Source: Convolutriloba macropyga
Lineage: Eukaryota
Assembly: GCF_964194025.1 (NCBI RefSeq)
Contig: NC_134470.1
Span: forward strand, 42,284,001 to 42,348,000
Direction of reading: 5' to 3'
DNA length: 64,000 bases
In this document: in pieces, positions 13,247-27,489 of the stretch
How positions within the stretch are numbered: the stretch's first letter is position 1
How the letters are laid out: each line of letters starts with the position of its first letter
Notes under the pieces: generated by a model
Told to the model about the DNA's origin: nothing
Databases searched by the model: none
Seen by the model: only the letters and a program-made list of their open reading frames with translations
Position numbers and translations under genes: made by a program

Positions 13247-13600
13247 CCCGAGTCGAAAACAGAAGTTAATCTTGTAAGATCTTGCAAGATTCTTACATGA
13301 CGTTGTTAAGTCTTACAAGATTCTTACAAGATCTTAAAAAATTAATTTGTAAGATCTCATGACAATTTTGTCTTATGCACTATAGCGCTTAAGATAAAAT
13401 TGTCATAGCTTGACAAGAGGTCTTATTTGTTCAACGTCGATTTGGCTATAAAGATGAAACGTCGAGGAAGAAAAATGAACGAGAAAACGCAGATATTAAT
13501 AGAGAGAGAAATAGTAGATGCCCAACTTGTAGAGCTTAACACCAGTTTGTGCAGTGGTTAGCACGGTAGGCTTGCAAGTAAGAGATTTCCAGTCCTGGTT
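13247..13600 (+). mobile_element. Truncated TIR element starting TA|CCCGAGTCG, with subterminal aagatctt/aagattct repeats
   Basis: Terminus shared with the elements at 18631 and 29325. A-box-like gtgcagtggttagcacg at about 13548. No right end found. Confidence 0.4.
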
Positions 13601-13919
13601 TATTTTACTGTCGTTACACCTGCTTAGACCCCAAAATACATTGATACCACTTGTATAACACCCGCAGACCACATAAAGTGTTTCAGAACTTTTTCAATTC
13701 TCAGACACCGTGTTCGAAATTAATGTATTTTATCCTTAGGTTAAAACATCGGTCCACTAACATACTAATCAAAATGAATTGGGGTTCATTTATAATTATT
13801 AGTTAGCTATGTAGTCACGACTATAGTAAAAGATGGATCCAAAATCTAAAATCTGAAGCAGTGGACTATTATATGTCTGAAATACTTCATAATTAGAGCA
13901 ACTCGATTCAAAATCAGCT

Positions 13920-13925
13920 TTTATT
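13920..13925 (-). promoter_or_regulatory. Candidate polyadenylation signal (AATAAA) of the SLC26 gene
   Basis: AATAAA on the minus strand about 180 nt downstream of the exon 4 stop. Weak evidence in AT-rich DNA. Confidence 0.35.
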
Positions 13926-14101
13926 TATACATGAAGAGGTCTGAAGTGACCACAATTACTAAGCAGCAAACAATAAACTTCAATCCCGGGAAAATGAGGA
14001 AGACAGAGAGACAAACTAAATGATCAATTGGTTAGCACAGGTAGGTTAGTTTGTTGATAAAAGGTTATTAGAATTAATAACCAGCCAAGCTTTGATGATT
14101 A

Positions 14102-14311
14102 TTAGAATTTAGCAGAATTGTGAGTTATTCTCTCGTAGTGCAGCTTCTTACTTTGGCTTGTTGGCATGCAAGCTAAAGCATCCACAAATGTTGGCACAAT
14201 TTTCAACCTCATGCTGTCTATGTCTTTGTTGCTATCCTGCAGTTGTTGTGATATATCGTGTCGACAGCAAATCAGAATTAGGCTATCGGGTCGAAACAAA
14301 GTCAGCGTCTC
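14102..14311 (-). CDS. SLC26 exon 4 (STAS C-terminus and stop)
   Basis: Acceptor tttCAG|GAG in phase 0. ETLTLFRPDSLILICCRHDISQQL..KIVPTFVDAL matches the STAS end motif (lFpTvhDAv). Total CDS 2376 nt = 791 aa + stop. Confidence 0.8.
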   Translation of the reverse strand, partial: ETLTLFRPDSLILICCRHDISQQLQDSNKDIDSMRLKIVPTFVDALACMPTSQSKKLHYERITHNSAKF

Positions 14312-14399
14312 CTGAAATTCAACGCAAAACATGACAAAAGCAGATTCGATTTAAAAACCGGATATTGTCTTAGTTTTAGATTTCTTGTATTTGCTTAGT

Positions 14400-15117
14400 G
14401 AATAAAATAGACCAAAGTCTACAAAAAACAATAGAAATAGTTTCAACACATGTTATTATGCGCTTCCACAACGGTCTGAAATGTTCTTTTTAAACATACA
14501 ATTTTGCAATAAGCTGATTATTAAAGGACAACAGTTGTTTATTCTGCTTCGCATTTTTCAATGACATTTTTGATGGTTTTGAAAATATTTTTAATATGAA
14601 AAAATTTTCCCAATGAAGGAAACGCAAAAAATGTGCAAATCATTATGGTTAGTGAAGAACATAGAAAATGGGTTTTGATTCACATTTTGGAACCCAAAAC
14701 AACTTTGGGAGTTTAATTTTTTTTCTGAAATGAACTGAGGAAAACTTTAGTTGTAGGGCAGTAGTGCGCAAAGTTCAATTGGTTGATATGGAATGAAAAG
14801 TGTTTATTTTTATGTTCATTTGATAGGTCAGGAAACCAGAAGATCCAAAAAACAGAAAGCTCGCTTGTCAACACACAATGCACTGGATAGAAATGTTATG
14901 GCAGAAAAGTTTACATACGTAAAAGATTGTTTGCTTAATAGGCAGAACTCATATGCTAAACAAACTAGTCAACTGTTATGGCTTAAGCGGCCAAAAAAGA
15001 AAAACGTACAATTGAGATAGGACAACAGCCTGATGATATATCCAAACAAATCTGTTATTCTTGGTTTTGAATCTGATCAATCAGTTCATCTTTTTTCAAT
15101 TTGAGGGACTTTGAAAA

Positions 15118-15176
<59 letters not shown>

Positions 15177-16000
15177 TGTCAGTCTTTCAAGCAAAAACAA
15201 AACAGTTCCCTAAAGTCTATTAAACATTGTCGTTGATACAGCATTTGAAACAAAATGTTAAAACAGCAAAACTATCTCAAAACATCAGGGTGTCCTAACA
15301 GAAGCCGAGAAATGGCTCGAGAAAAACAAACTTACATTAAACACCGATGGAAAACAATAGAAATCAAAGCTGCAACGAAGTTTCAAACTCAATACTCTAT
15401 GAAGGCAAAACCTCTGGAAAACATCAGTTGTAATGATAACTGTCTTGTTATAACAATAGATAAGAAGTTCAGTTTCATTGAGCACACTACACGTGTAGAA
15501 AAAAGTCGTCCAAATTAGCCAAATGCTTTATAAAAAAAACGAAAACTGTAAATTTGAAAACAGTTGATCAATGTTTTCAATGCATATTTGAACCAGAGGT
15601 ACCAACAGGTCAGCAAAGCAATATTTCGATAAAATAATTCATAGAATCGTATAAAAATCTTTTTTCAAATCAAACTCCTTCAGCTTGCTCCTCGAACAGT
15701 AAGAAATTTTTTGAGCGACGGAATTTCATCTCTACAAAGATTTTAAGCCACTTATAAAATGTATAAGGGATGAGAAATTTACTAAACTACTAGCTAACCA
15801 AAAATAAAAAACCTGCCATACATCAACAGATCTCCTAAAACATTATAGTGAATATGGTCGGAAAAATATTAAAAATTTTTGCTTGTCTTCATTCCAACTT
15901 CGTTGATAAGCTTAAAGGATTGAGCAAGCAATAGCTTAACACTTTTGTGCAAAAAATTGGTCAACTATTTTCTTCTGAATGGTTACCACCTTACTAGAGT
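14400..16000 (+). mobile_element. Highly degraded LINE-like remnant
   Basis: Scattered RT-like fragments, e.g. ITIDKKFSFIEHTTRV (IDxxLxFxxH motif). Confidence 0.35.
15122..15172. repeat. (TA)n microsatellite, about 25 units
   Basis: Seen directly. Confidence 0.99.
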
Positions 16001-16810
16001 CATAAATTACTTTCCTGGTTGTCAAGGTTGTAAAAATAACTCAAATTAGTGTTTCTAATTTATTTTTTACTATACAGTTGTGGAAGATTTGACTGTTTAT
16101 TTAAGATATTTGTTTTCCTTCTTTTGTTTTTTTGAAACTCTTGAAAACTAATCAAATCGGGTCCCAAATGATCTAATAGCGCTCTCTCTGGTGCCTCTCT
16201 GTGTTTTCCCCCTTACTTAAGTATATGAAATTAAATAATAGACAATAGTAAATAATGTTATTATAAAATATATTCATCAAAACCGAAAAATAAACAATAT
16301 TATGAGGAGAAACCTTCTGTGCAAAAATGATAAAAGTTGGTAAAAATCCACATTTCAAAGTGTAATATGTTATAAAAATATATGTAACGTAGAAATGCTA
16401 TCGTTTATCAATTTTGTTTTTTTTTTCATTAAAAAATAAGTACGCCCGAAAAAGCGAACGAATGTTTAGTGGAACCACCGTTATGACAAGGTTCCGCATC
16501 TCCTTTTCATTTTGTTCAAAACTTAGAAGCACGACTGCTTAACGGAACTGCATTTTTTGATAAGAACAACATGATTATGAAACAGAAAAAAATTTGCCGT
16601 AAATTTGACACTGTTTTTTGCTTTAGATGCCAAAGAAAGCAACCAAACACTTATATTGTTCTTATTTTCTGCTAAGAGTTTTGAAAAGGTTATTAGATGT
16701 AGATTAGTTTAAGTTTAACTTTAAAGGCACTAGCACTGTTAAATAAATGATTAACCACATCTAAACAAATTTATGAACATTTAAGCAGTCTTTGACGAGG
16801 GAAACAACAA

Positions 16811-17126
16811 TGGTTCTTTGAAATAAACCCCCACGGAAAAAAAAACAGAAAACTTTAAATAGGAAACAAACCCCGAGAAAATATACACCCGCGGAAATAA
16901 ATCCGCACTTTAAATTTGAATTTTGGTCGTGATAATTTGTTTGGTTGTGATAGGTTCATATCAAGTCCCACGGGCCGCTAAGGCCCGGCCATGGCCCCGC
17001 GAAGCATAGCCAGACGTGCCAAATGCGCAGCTCATTAAGAGTCAAGTGGGGGTTTCTTTCCACGTGGGTTTATTCCCTATCTAAAAACAAGTTGGTTTTT
17101 ATCACTGGGTTGTTTTTCCGAAACCG
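16811..17126. mobile_element. MITE-like element with imperfect TIRs
   Basis: ggttctttgaaataaacccc at the left vs gggttgtttttccgaaacc at the right; internal aaacccc/ggggttt sub-repeats. Confidence 0.5.
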
Positions 17127-17848
17127 AACAACAAAAAATTTAAACTGTATTAAAAACATAAAGATTTTTCAATGATAAATGAGCTGGAGAATTAATCAAG
17201 TATACATACAGCTGACCAAAATTGAGGGCTTAATTGTAGATTGTTCTTAGAGGTCCTACTCATAATCTGAAAGTCATTGAAAAAAGAAAATTGCCGATAT
17301 TATCCTATCTTACGATCACCTTGAAAAAGAGGGAAAATGTTTATTCAAAATAGGTAGAGTATGTTTTGGAGACGGTTGCCGTTGCTTAGAAAATTTGTTC
17401 GATAACTTTCGTTTGAAGCTCTGCTTCAGGAGATCATAAATACGTCTTGGACAAATCCAGCTTGAGAAACCAGTTACACGCTTTAATTCTGTATCCTTAA
17501 AAAGGCCAAAAACGATTATGAAAAAGAATTATCCCATATACACTATATAACTACATTTATAAATTTTCTTGCATAATAACTTTTGTCTAATCTATTGCAA
17601 AAACTGTTGGAAAGCTCTTCTGCGATGATGCATCATATTTCAAGAGTCGTGCAGTAGTCTTAGGTGTTAACTGTCCCAGTTTGACGGAGGAAGATGTTAT
17701 TTGACGAAGTGAGTCGTTATGAATATAATTACTGCGTGCAGGACTCACGTTTTAGCATCGCTATAGACATGGTATCAGCAAATATTCCATTAGAAAACTA
17801 GAAAATTATAAGCCGATGTCTTCGGGTATGCCACGCAGAGAAGCGAAT

Positions 17849-18431
17849 AAAACATAACCGACTAACGTCGGGCGAATTCCTCTCAAACGACGGGCGAGCG
17901 GTTTACTTTGTCAGTATTTAGCTAGGTTTTGATGAGGCTATTTTTAGCTTGATTGAAGGGGCGTGAGGAAAGCTTGATTGAAGGGGCGGGGGTGCATCGG
18001 TGAAAGGGGGGAGGATGGGGGCAACAGTGGGGGAAAGCAACGGTGGGGGATCTTTGTCTGCACGGTGGGGGGATCTTTGGGGCCCTTACGGCCTGAACGA
18101 TGTGCAGGGGTGTGGATTGGGGGGATTGAGTGAGGGGGAGTGGCTGATGTGGGGGTTGTTGGGGGGTGTTGTTGGGGGGTTTGGAGACTTATACCCTTCA
18201 CACCATGATTATAAGTCTCCAAAACAGTTTCTGTGAATCGCATTTTTTGAAACTAGTGAGCTGAAGGGCTCTAAGAGCACTTAATGCCCTCTGGAGGCTA
18301 CCTGTTTGCCCCGTGTTTGAGGACGAAAAGTCAAATGGGGCAGACGAAAAATCGGTCAAGCAAAAAATTGCATGAAAAATTTAGCAACAGGACTAATAAA
18401 ATCGTCACAAACTTCGTTTGAGAGCAACTAA
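17849..18431 (-). mobile_element. DINE-1/HINE-like (Helentron-associated) non-autonomous element, copy 1
   Basis: On the plus strand: aaacataaCCGACtaacGTCGG hairpin, subTIR aattcctctcaaacga, G-rich core, conserved ggacgaaaagtcaaa block, closing subTIR tcgtttgagagcaact. Confidence 0.8.
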
Positions 18432-18630
18432 CAAGTCAATATTATGACAAGTTAGGCCATTAACAATGGTTCGACTATAGAGTAGTAAAATGGAAAAAAA
18501 CTGGAGATAATTTTATGCCACGATCATCCATTTGAACAAAACTTCTATCGTTATAGCCCTTTTGATACCAGTAAAGCAAAGAAGAGCGCCAATTATGTCA
18601 CACATAAGTTGAAACTTAAAACCTTTAATC

Positions 18631-19523
18631 CCCGCGTCGAAATTACCCCCTGATAACACCCAAACTGATTTAAGAGTAGGGGGTAATTGTGTCAGGGGGA
18701 TAAACTATGTATAATTGGGGGGGTGTGATGGAGGGTAATGGGACGTAGTGGAGGGAAATCTGGATTTTACCTCCCAAAAATTACCACCCAAGAAAGATGT
18801 AAGATTAGGGGTGTGATTTTAGGGGGTAAAACGACGTAATTATATGGGTTAGTGGTGGTTAATGGGGGGGGGGTAATCGGAGTAATGAGGGGAAGTTGCA
18901 TATTTTACCCCCATAAATACTCCCCGAAAAGATGTAAGACTAGGGGTAATTCCAGGGGGGTAAAACGATTTAAGATAAGGGGGTAATGGGGAGTAAAGGA
19001 GGTTGTGGAGAGTGAGGGGGTTACATGTTTAAATCATAAACATGAGATGACTAGTATTGGGCAAGCATCGGCGCTCTGAGGGCTAAGGCGAACTGGCTCA
19101 GAGGACAGAGGTTGTGGGTTCAAGGCTGTCACTCTGCGACTATGGAGGTTAAACGACGTAAGAGAAGGACTACCAAGGGTGGCAAAACTTTGCAAGAGTA
19201 GCGTTTAATGGTGAGCAAAACTATGCAAGAGTAGGGGGTAATGGGTGGTGAAATGAGGCAAGAGTGAGGGGTATTGGACCCCTTACTACCCTACACTTGC
19301 ATCGTTCCCCCCATTGCCCCCCTACTCTTGCGTCGTTTTACACCACATCACCTCAATTCTTGCTTCATTCCCCCCTCCTCATTACCCTCTACTCTAGCAT
19401 CGAATTACCCCCCCCCCCCCCGTACACCCAAAATGATGTAAGAAATTAGAGGGGAATTGGCCAAGAAACTCCTGATTACCCCTTTAATCTTACATTTTAC
19501 TGAGGGCAAAAATTCGACAGTGG
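18631..19523. mobile_element. TIR element with G-rich subterminal repeats and a weak tRNA-like centre
   Basis: cccgcgtcgaaatt at the left vs aattcgacagtgg at the right; repeated aagatgtaagattagggg; gctaaggcg..gggttcaagg at about 19082-19125. Confidence 0.5.
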
Positions 19524-19599
19524 TTGCAAGACAGGTCATGTTGTCCGAAAGTACCTTATTCAACACAACCAACAATAATCAAACGGATTCTTGCTCCAA

Positions 19600-22100
19600 C
19601 AGTAGTCGAATAGAATTTTATTGGCTGCAGAAATAGAATAGATCAAAAATTTAATGAGAAGAAGCTGCTTCCTTTGCCCAATGCAGGTTATTATTTTCCA
19701 TCGGAACGTTTCCATCGGAACGTTAGTTGTACTCTCGGCAATATTTCTTCATAGAGACAAAAAATTAAAACACTCAAGGGATGTAAGTGTGAAGATTGAA
19801 AACAGATTGCACGATGGGTCAGTAGAAAATTTCACCTACCAGTTTAAACAGACAATTTAATCACACAAGATGCACTAAACCCTCAAACAAAAAATTGGCA
19901 ATCATCAAGAAGTTAACGAGTAGGATAATATTTGATCGTTTGCTAAAATGTTATGATAGTGAAATGTTAAGGGGTTGTAGCGTTTCTTGTGGATAAACGT
20001 TCAGTTAAAGTGCTCATTTATCGATGTTCTTCAAGAAAAGCTCCCAATGCATACACTTCCTTATCACGGAACGTTGAACTTAAATAAGTCACCGCCACTA
20101 GAGAAACTGAATGTTACCAGCGTCATGATAAAGAAACAGGCAAAAATTTTTGATAGCTGAGAAACATCGGGATTGAATACTAAAAATTTGTTTGATACAC
20201 TCATTAGTTTTCGATGCGAGAGGTCAAAACGAAGTTGCCTCGGACAAAAATCCACGGGTCTAACAAATAGGCAGTGGAGAGAAATTGAGAAGCTTACTGG
20301 GAAAGGAATCGAAGGGTCTGTACCTGTGAACGTGCACTTACTATTTGCATAAAAATAAATAAAGGTTTTGGACTGCAGTTACTTGACGCACAAAAAGCTT
20401 TCGGTTCAATCAACTGCAATGTTGCTCTTTTAGACGCCAGAAAACACTGGCCACAAACTTCCACGTTTTTATACAACAACTACTAAGAAATATCTAAGCA
20501 AGTGCTCAGCAACACAGATGCTATCATGTACAGTGAGGAAGGCACAACTTAAGAGGATCCACTTTCCATATTGTTTTATGGTGTTGCCTTGATAAAAATT
20601 TACGTAGTAAGAAAACACACATTCACAGTCTCAGATATTTCAGATGACGCTGCTGCTTTCACTAATGTTGAAAACCGAAAGAAATGGCTTGAAAAAATAA
20701 TCGAAATTGGCCAAATTTCCGCTATTCATTAGAGCCTAGAAAGAGTTACCTCATTGTCAACCAAAAAAACTTAGGGGAAGGTCAACACTGTTCTGATAAT
20801 TTTGGTTAAAAACTTGCTATATAAAAACGGTACATAGGGGCTTTATTGGCCGCCATAACAGTTTGGAAGACTTTTTAAAACAAAGTATTGAGAACCCGCA
20901 AGAAACCGTTCACGTTTTGTTTAAAGCTCCTGACTAACGTTCACTTGTGAAGCTTTTCCAGCTTTCACAAAACAAAATCAACCAGAATGGAATTTTTTAA
21001 TGATTGTTCCACCAGGTTTTTGAAAAATTCTTACATCCCTTAGAGAACACAATAAGAATCACATTCCTATCAGCTGTCACAAATGTCGGTAATATGCATG
21101 AAAAGATGCGTAAGATGTTTAGTTTATCACCAAAAAACGGTGGTGGTGGTTTGAGAATAAAAAACCCCGCTTCTACAGCCAAAGAATAATTCGATGTTTC
21201 CAAAGAGTCACCAAATTCGATAGTAAAGTCAGTTGTGAAAGCAATTGCGAAAAACCTTGAGGAACAGAAATCATACGTCCTTAGGAAAAGCCAAAAACTT
21301 TATGCGAAAAATGAAAGAAGATCGATATCAGCTACAACTTGAACGGTCAGAACAGTAAAAAAAATCTAAGACAAAGCGGATGGAAAGAAACTTCAAATGT
21401 GGTAATTGAAAAAAGCTGACAGCAAACATTTTTGAAAAAAAAAATTTGTCCGTCAAAATACGCGTATTTTGACGCCGTGGCACGCTATGAGCTCCGAAGA
21501 GAAACAAATGTGATGGTTGAGGCGAGAATTCACAATGCACTCATCTTAAAAAGGTGGCCTTTATACGCCAAGGCATAATGAAATATAAGATGTGCTAGGG
21601 AAACTGGCTAGCACGGCGTGGCTGTACATCAGAAAGAACCATTCATCAGAAAACACTCATAGAATAAGCCAGCTCTAAGAGTCGATCTATTAGTCAGGCA
21701 AGTATGGAGTCCTCAAAAAATTGCCTCGTTTGATATCCGTGTCGCTTAAACTGAAGTAAAATCCTAATGAGAAAGAAACCCGGAAGACTTATTAAGAAGC
21801 AGCACTTTTGATTAGCGCAAAAAAATTTTGAAGCTCTTCAGTAGAAACATATCTCATTTACTCCATTTGTGATCAGCGTTGGCGGCCTGATGGCCCGAGA
21901 AAGCACAATTTCATTGAAAAGACTAAAGGATAGATTGTCGTCAAATCGGGAAAAAAGTTAAGAGCGTTAGGCCACAGTTAAGAGCTGGATCAACACAAAA
22001 CTTTGTTTTGCCATCCTGAGAGCATCAAACCTTTGTAAATGATGTACGAGACGAGATGCTAAACGCAATAATCCCATTTCGAAGTTCCCGCATTCTTGAA
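19600..22100 (+). mobile_element. Degenerate CRE-like non-LTR retrotransposon (RT plus restriction-like endonuclease), copy A
   Basis: LLDAQKAFGSIN, HWPQTSTFLYNNY, SEEGTT*EDPLS, SDDAAA, GGGLRIKNP, RHNEI*D, RVDLLVRQVW, FDIRV, FTPFVISVGG and FAILRA. Confidence 0.8.
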
Positions 22101-22589
22101 GAATGATTAGTAATTTCACCAGAAGCTACCCTGATCCTTTACCACCCAACAAGAGGAGAATAGCGCCCGACATTCATATTAGATCGCCCAAAAAGTGGGG
22201 AGATCTTTGGAAGCCGAATAAATTGAGTGATAATCTCGCAGAATGATTGCTTCAACTTTGGAACTGAACTATTATGTCGGCCAATGAGAGAGGGCTTTAT
22301 TTATTAATTGATTCTTCTCGACTCAGTCAATGAGAGGGAAGTCGAACTTAAAAAGTTGACAAAAAGTGGAAAACAGTTCGTGAAAATAACGAACAGGTGA
22401 GGGGCCGAGCTAAGTTAATGGATTTTAGACTTAAATTTGAACCATTTCAGCAATTAACAAAGTAATAAAAATATTTCACATAAAAAAAAATATTGAAGTA
22501 ACCCGAAACGCTTTTTTTTTCATTGGATGCTGCGGCAGTACGCTAAGTTTTGATCGGATCCAACAATAATCAAATGGATCTTTGCTCCA

Positions 22590-25080
22590 ACAGTCGACGA
22601 ATAGAATTTTATTGGCTGCAGAAATAGAAAAGATCAAAAATTTAATCAGAAGAAGCTGCTTCCCTTTGCCCAATGCAGGATATTATTTTCCATCGAAACG
22701 TTTCCATCGGAACGTTAGTTGTACTCTCGGCAATATTTCTTCATAGAGACAAAAAATTAAAACACTCAAGAGATGTTAGTGTGAAGATTGAAAACAGATT
22801 GCACGATGGGTCAGTAGAAAATTTCACCTACCAGTTTAAACAGACAATTTAATCACACAAGATGCACCAAACCCTCAAACAAACAATTGGCAATCATGAA
22901 GAAGTTAACGAGTCGAATAATATTTGGTCGTTTGCTAAAATGTTATGATAGTGAAATGTTAAGGGGCTGTAGCGTTTCTTGTGGATAAACGTTCAGTTAA
23001 AGTGCTCATTTATCGATGTTCTTCAAGAAAAGCACCCAATGCATACACTTCCTTATCACGGAACGTTGAATTTGAATAAGTCACCGCCACTAGAGAAACT
23101 AAATGTTACCAGCGTCACGATAAAGAAACAGGCAAAAATTTTTGATAGCTGAGAAACATCGGGATTGAATACTAAAAATTTGTTTGATACTCTCATTGGT
23201 TTTCGATGCGAGAGGTCAAAACGAAGTTGCCTCGGACAAAAATCCACGGGTCTAACAAATAGGCAGTGGAGAGAAATTGAGAAGCTTACTGGGAAAGGAA
23301 TCGAAGGGTCTGTACCTGTGAACGTGCACTTACTATTTGCAGAAAAATAAATAAAGGTTTTGGACTGCAGTTACTTGACGCACAAAAGGCTTTCGGTTCA
23401 ATCAATTGCAATGTTGCTCTTTTAGACGCCAGAAAACACTGGTCACAAACCTCCACCTTTTTATACAACAATTACTAAGAAATATCTAAGCAAGTGCTCA
23501 GCAACACAGATGCTATCATGTACAGTGAGGAAGGCACAACCTAAGAGGATCCACTTTCCATATTGTTTTATGGTGTTGCCTTGATAAAAATTTACGTAGT
23601 AAGAAAACACACATTCACAGTCTCAGATATTTCAGATGAGGCTGCTGCTTTCACTAATGTTGAAAACCTAAAGAAATGGCTTGTAAAAATAATCGAAATT
23701 GGCCAAGTTTTTGCTATTCTTTAGAGCCTAGAAAGAGTTACCTCATTGTCAACCAAAACAACTTTGCGGAAGGTCAACACTGTTCTGATAATTTTGGTTA
23801 AAAACTTGCTAAATAAAAACGGTACATAGGTTCTTTATTGGCCGTCATAACAGTTTGGAAGACTTTTTTCAACAAAGTATTGAGAACTGGCAAGAAACCG
23901 TTCACGTTTTGTTTAAAGCTCCTGACTAACGTTGACTCGTGAAGCTTTTCCACTTTTCACAAAACCAACCCAAACAGAATGGAATTTTTTGATGATAGTT
24001 CCACCAGGTTTTTGAAAAATTCTTACATCCCTTAGAGAACACATTAAGAATCACATTCCTATCAGCTGTCACAAATGTCGTAATATGCATGACAAGATGC
24101 GTAAGATGTTTAGTTTATCGCCAAAAAACGGTGTTTTGAGAATAAGAAACCCCGCTTCTACAGCCAAAGAATAATTCAATGTTTCCAAAGAGTCATCAAA
24201 TTCGATAGTAAAGTCAGTTGTGAAAGCAATTGCGGAAAACACTGAGGAACAGAAATCATACGTTCTTAGCAAAAGCCAAAAACTTTATGCGAAAAAGGAA
24301 AGAAGATCGATATTAGCTACAGCTTGAACGGTCAGAACAGTAAAAAAAAATCTAAGACAAAGCGGATGGAAAGAAACTTCAAATGTGGTAACTGATAAAA
24401 GCTGACAGCAAACATTTTTGAAAAAGAAATTTTTTCCGTCAAAATACAAGTATTTTGACGCCGTGGCACGCTATGAGCTCCGAATAGAAACAAACGTGAT
24501 GGTTGAGGAGAGAATTCAGCATGCACTCATCTTTAAAAGGTGGCCTTTATACGCCAAGGCATAATGAAATATAAGATGTGTTATGGAAACTGGCTAGCAC
24601 GGTGTACACCAGAAAGAACCATTCATCAGAAAACACTCATAGAATAAGCCAGCTCTAAGAGTCGATCTATTAGTCAGGCAAGTATGGAGTCCTCAAAAAA
24701 TTGCCTCGTTTGATATCCGTGTCGCTTAAACTGAAGTAAAATCCTAATGAGAAAGAAACCCGGAAGACTTATTAAGAAGCAGCACTTTTGATTAGCGCAA
24801 AAAAATTTTGAAGCTCTTCAGTAGAAACATATCTCATTTACTCCATTTGTGATCAGCGTTGGCGGCCTGATGGCCCGAGAAAGCACAATTTCATTGAAAA
24901 GACTAAAGGATAGATTGTCGTCAAATCGGGAAAAAAGTTAAGAGCGTTAGGCCACAGTTAAGAGCTGGATCAACACAAAACTTTGTTTTGCCATCCTGAG
25001 AGCATCAAACCTTGGTAAATGATGTACGAGATGCTAAACGCAGTAATCCCATTTCGAAGTTCGCGCATTCTTGAAGAATA
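22590..25080 (+). mobile_element. Degenerate CRE-like non-LTR retrotransposon, copy B
   Basis: Duplicate of copy A sharing the same inactivating stops. Confidence 0.8.
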
Positions 25081-26939
25081 ATTAGTAATTTCACCAGAAG
25101 CTACCCTGATCCTTTACCGCCCAACAAGAGGAGAATAGCGCCCGACATTCATATTAGATCGCCCAAAAAGTGGGGAGATCTTTGGAAGCCGAATAAATTG
25201 AGTGATAATCTCGCTGAATGATTGCTTCAACTTTGGAACTGAACTATTATGTCGGCCAATGAGAGAAGGCTTTATTTATTAATTGATTCTTCTCGACTCA
25301 GTCAATGAGAGGGAAGTTGAACTTAAAAAGTTGACAAAAAGTGGAAAACAGTTGGTGAAAATAACGAACAGGTGAGGGGCCGAGCCAAGTTAATGGATTT
25401 TAGACTTAAATTTGAACCATTTCAGCAATTAACAAAGTAATAAAAATCTTTCACATTAAAAAAATATTGAAATAATCCGAAACGCTTTTTTTTCATTGGA
25501 TGCTGCGGCAGTACGCTAAGTTTTGATCGGATCAGAACGCTAAGTTTTGGTCATCAGATGCTAAGAAAAAAAATGTAAGCAAAACAGCCCGAAACTTTTC
25601 GATTTTTGCAAAAATGAAGACAAGCGTTATACATCAGTGGAAAACCGCACAATTAAGATTCGACAATCGAGAGCATGTGAAATGGTGCGACTCAGATCCG
25701 AAGAAATTTTTAATAATTTTTGACGTTCTTTCGCCTCATTATAATTTAGTCAAGCTAAATGTTCCACAAAAGCAATTGAAAATAGTAACCGAGGAAATTG
25801 TGACATGAAGTCCTTAAAAAACAGATGAAACAAAATCTTCATCTCGTGTTCAATATCCGGAAACGCAAATTTCAATAAATTTGGCGTTTTGTGGAAGCAA
25901 AGTTATTTTGAGTATGTAGTTAGCTTAAACATTAATGCCTAAATAATCCACATTTATCATCGGAAGGGACATTCTTGAAGTAAACCAATTAGGTTTTTTT
26001 TCAATCAGGTAATTGGATACGTTATTTATGGTAGAAAAAGTAATTGTAGGCGGATTTGAACTTTTTTAGCCCGGTATCACTTGTTTGCACATAGACTTAA
26101 AACTATGATCTTAAGACAGATAGTCATGAAAAAGTCCAACAAAATCGAGAATGTGAATACTCAATTATTCGCCGCGTAATGTGGCGGCCATTTTTGTAGA
26201 CCTAAGCGAAATAAAATGTTCCTATGTCAGAAGCTTGACACTTTAAAGTTTTACTTGTTTTAAATAACAGCTCAAGCATCTCAGCTATCTTTCTCAGAGA
26301 AAAAAAAACAGAATTGAGGTAATAATATGGTAAAAAAAATAGACAGCAGATTGCCGGAGTAGCAGCCAAAAAGACTTGCGTGCCGTATAATATAGATAGA
26401 AACAGATGCACATTAAGTTGAAAAAGTAATTGGCGCCGCTTAAAAAGCTATCTGAAAAACGTTTACCGACAAATTAATAAAATCTGCTAATAGTCATTGC
26501 GCAGAAGCCTTTTTGTTAGTAACCATGATAACACATGATTTCCTTTGATCTTAAACTAGTTAAAATTCAACATAAATTTTAAATTGAAAAAGTTATTATT
26601 TTTATGGAGGTAAGTCACGTATGATCGAGTTCAAATCACTCAATTGAATTAAAAACTTCGGTCAAGGTCAAAGAGAGTGAGAAATATCGTCGAGCGCGGA
26701 AACGCCAATAGTGAGACGAAGAAATCATTCAGAAAATGTGACTTTTACAGTTTTAATAAATGAACAAATGTGAAACAAAGCATTGCCGGTAGAATACCGG
26801 AAACGACTCGAAGCGTCGTGTTTTATAATCTCTAACCTAACCTTACCGAAATCAGAACATCAAAATAGATAAGAGAAAAAAACAAAAGTAGCCCCACAAA
26901 CCACATTAAAGTGTTTTAAAAATGTCGACAATTTTTTTG

Positions 26940-27130
26940 GTGCAGGGGGAGCTAGGTGGGTTGGGTGGGTAGATAGGTCGGGGAGGTGGGTAGTGCTGGG
27001 GTAGTTGGGGGTAGCTAGGTGAAGGGAGGGGCTAGGGGTAGGTGGGAGGTAAGTTGGAGGGGTGCGGGTGCGGTGGGGGGGGGTATGTAGATTTTGGGGG
27101 GGGGGGGGTAGATAGGTGGTGGGGGGTTTG
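26940..27130 (+). repeat. G-rich tract (ggtggg/ggtag runs), G-quadruplex-prone
   Basis: Many runs of 3 or more G with short loops. Confidence 0.75.
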
Positions 27131-27489
27131 TGTGGTTTAGTTTAGATAATTAGGGGTGAATTATATAGGAACAAAAAATCTCAAAATGACCTCTTCACCT
27201 TGAACATTACCAGCAGTTCCTAATTACTATACATTACAAACGAAGCTACTGTTAAAGTCCAATGTTCAAAAACAGAAGTCAACAATCAAAAACGGAGGTA
27301 AATGCTCGAACGGAAAGAAGTCAAAATTCAAGTCATGAACAAACTTGCTTTCTGCTAAGAAAACCTGTAGAATCTCATAACTGCTCTTCGAGTCGTAAAA
27401 ACCTGTAGAATCTCAATACTCCTCTTCGAGTCGTAAAAAGGGCGTCAGATGACAAAAAAAACATAGAAGTCTTGAAACACATTTAATGG

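Larger units (their letters stand above)
19570..25533. repeat. Head-to-tail tandem duplication of about 2.99 kb (19570-22560 / 22561-25533)
   Basis: Colinear copies, roughly 96-97% identical by eye; junction ..gatcggatc|caacaataatc. Confidence 0.97.

Noticed and set aside
17944-18243. Pro-rich and Gly-rich ORFs (also 19264, 34176, 45689)
   Set aside because: Chance frames in the G/C-rich cores of repeats.
27358-27440. CRISPR-like or regulatory repeat
   Set aside because: Just two adjacent units of about 38 bp with no spacers, in a eukaryotic context.
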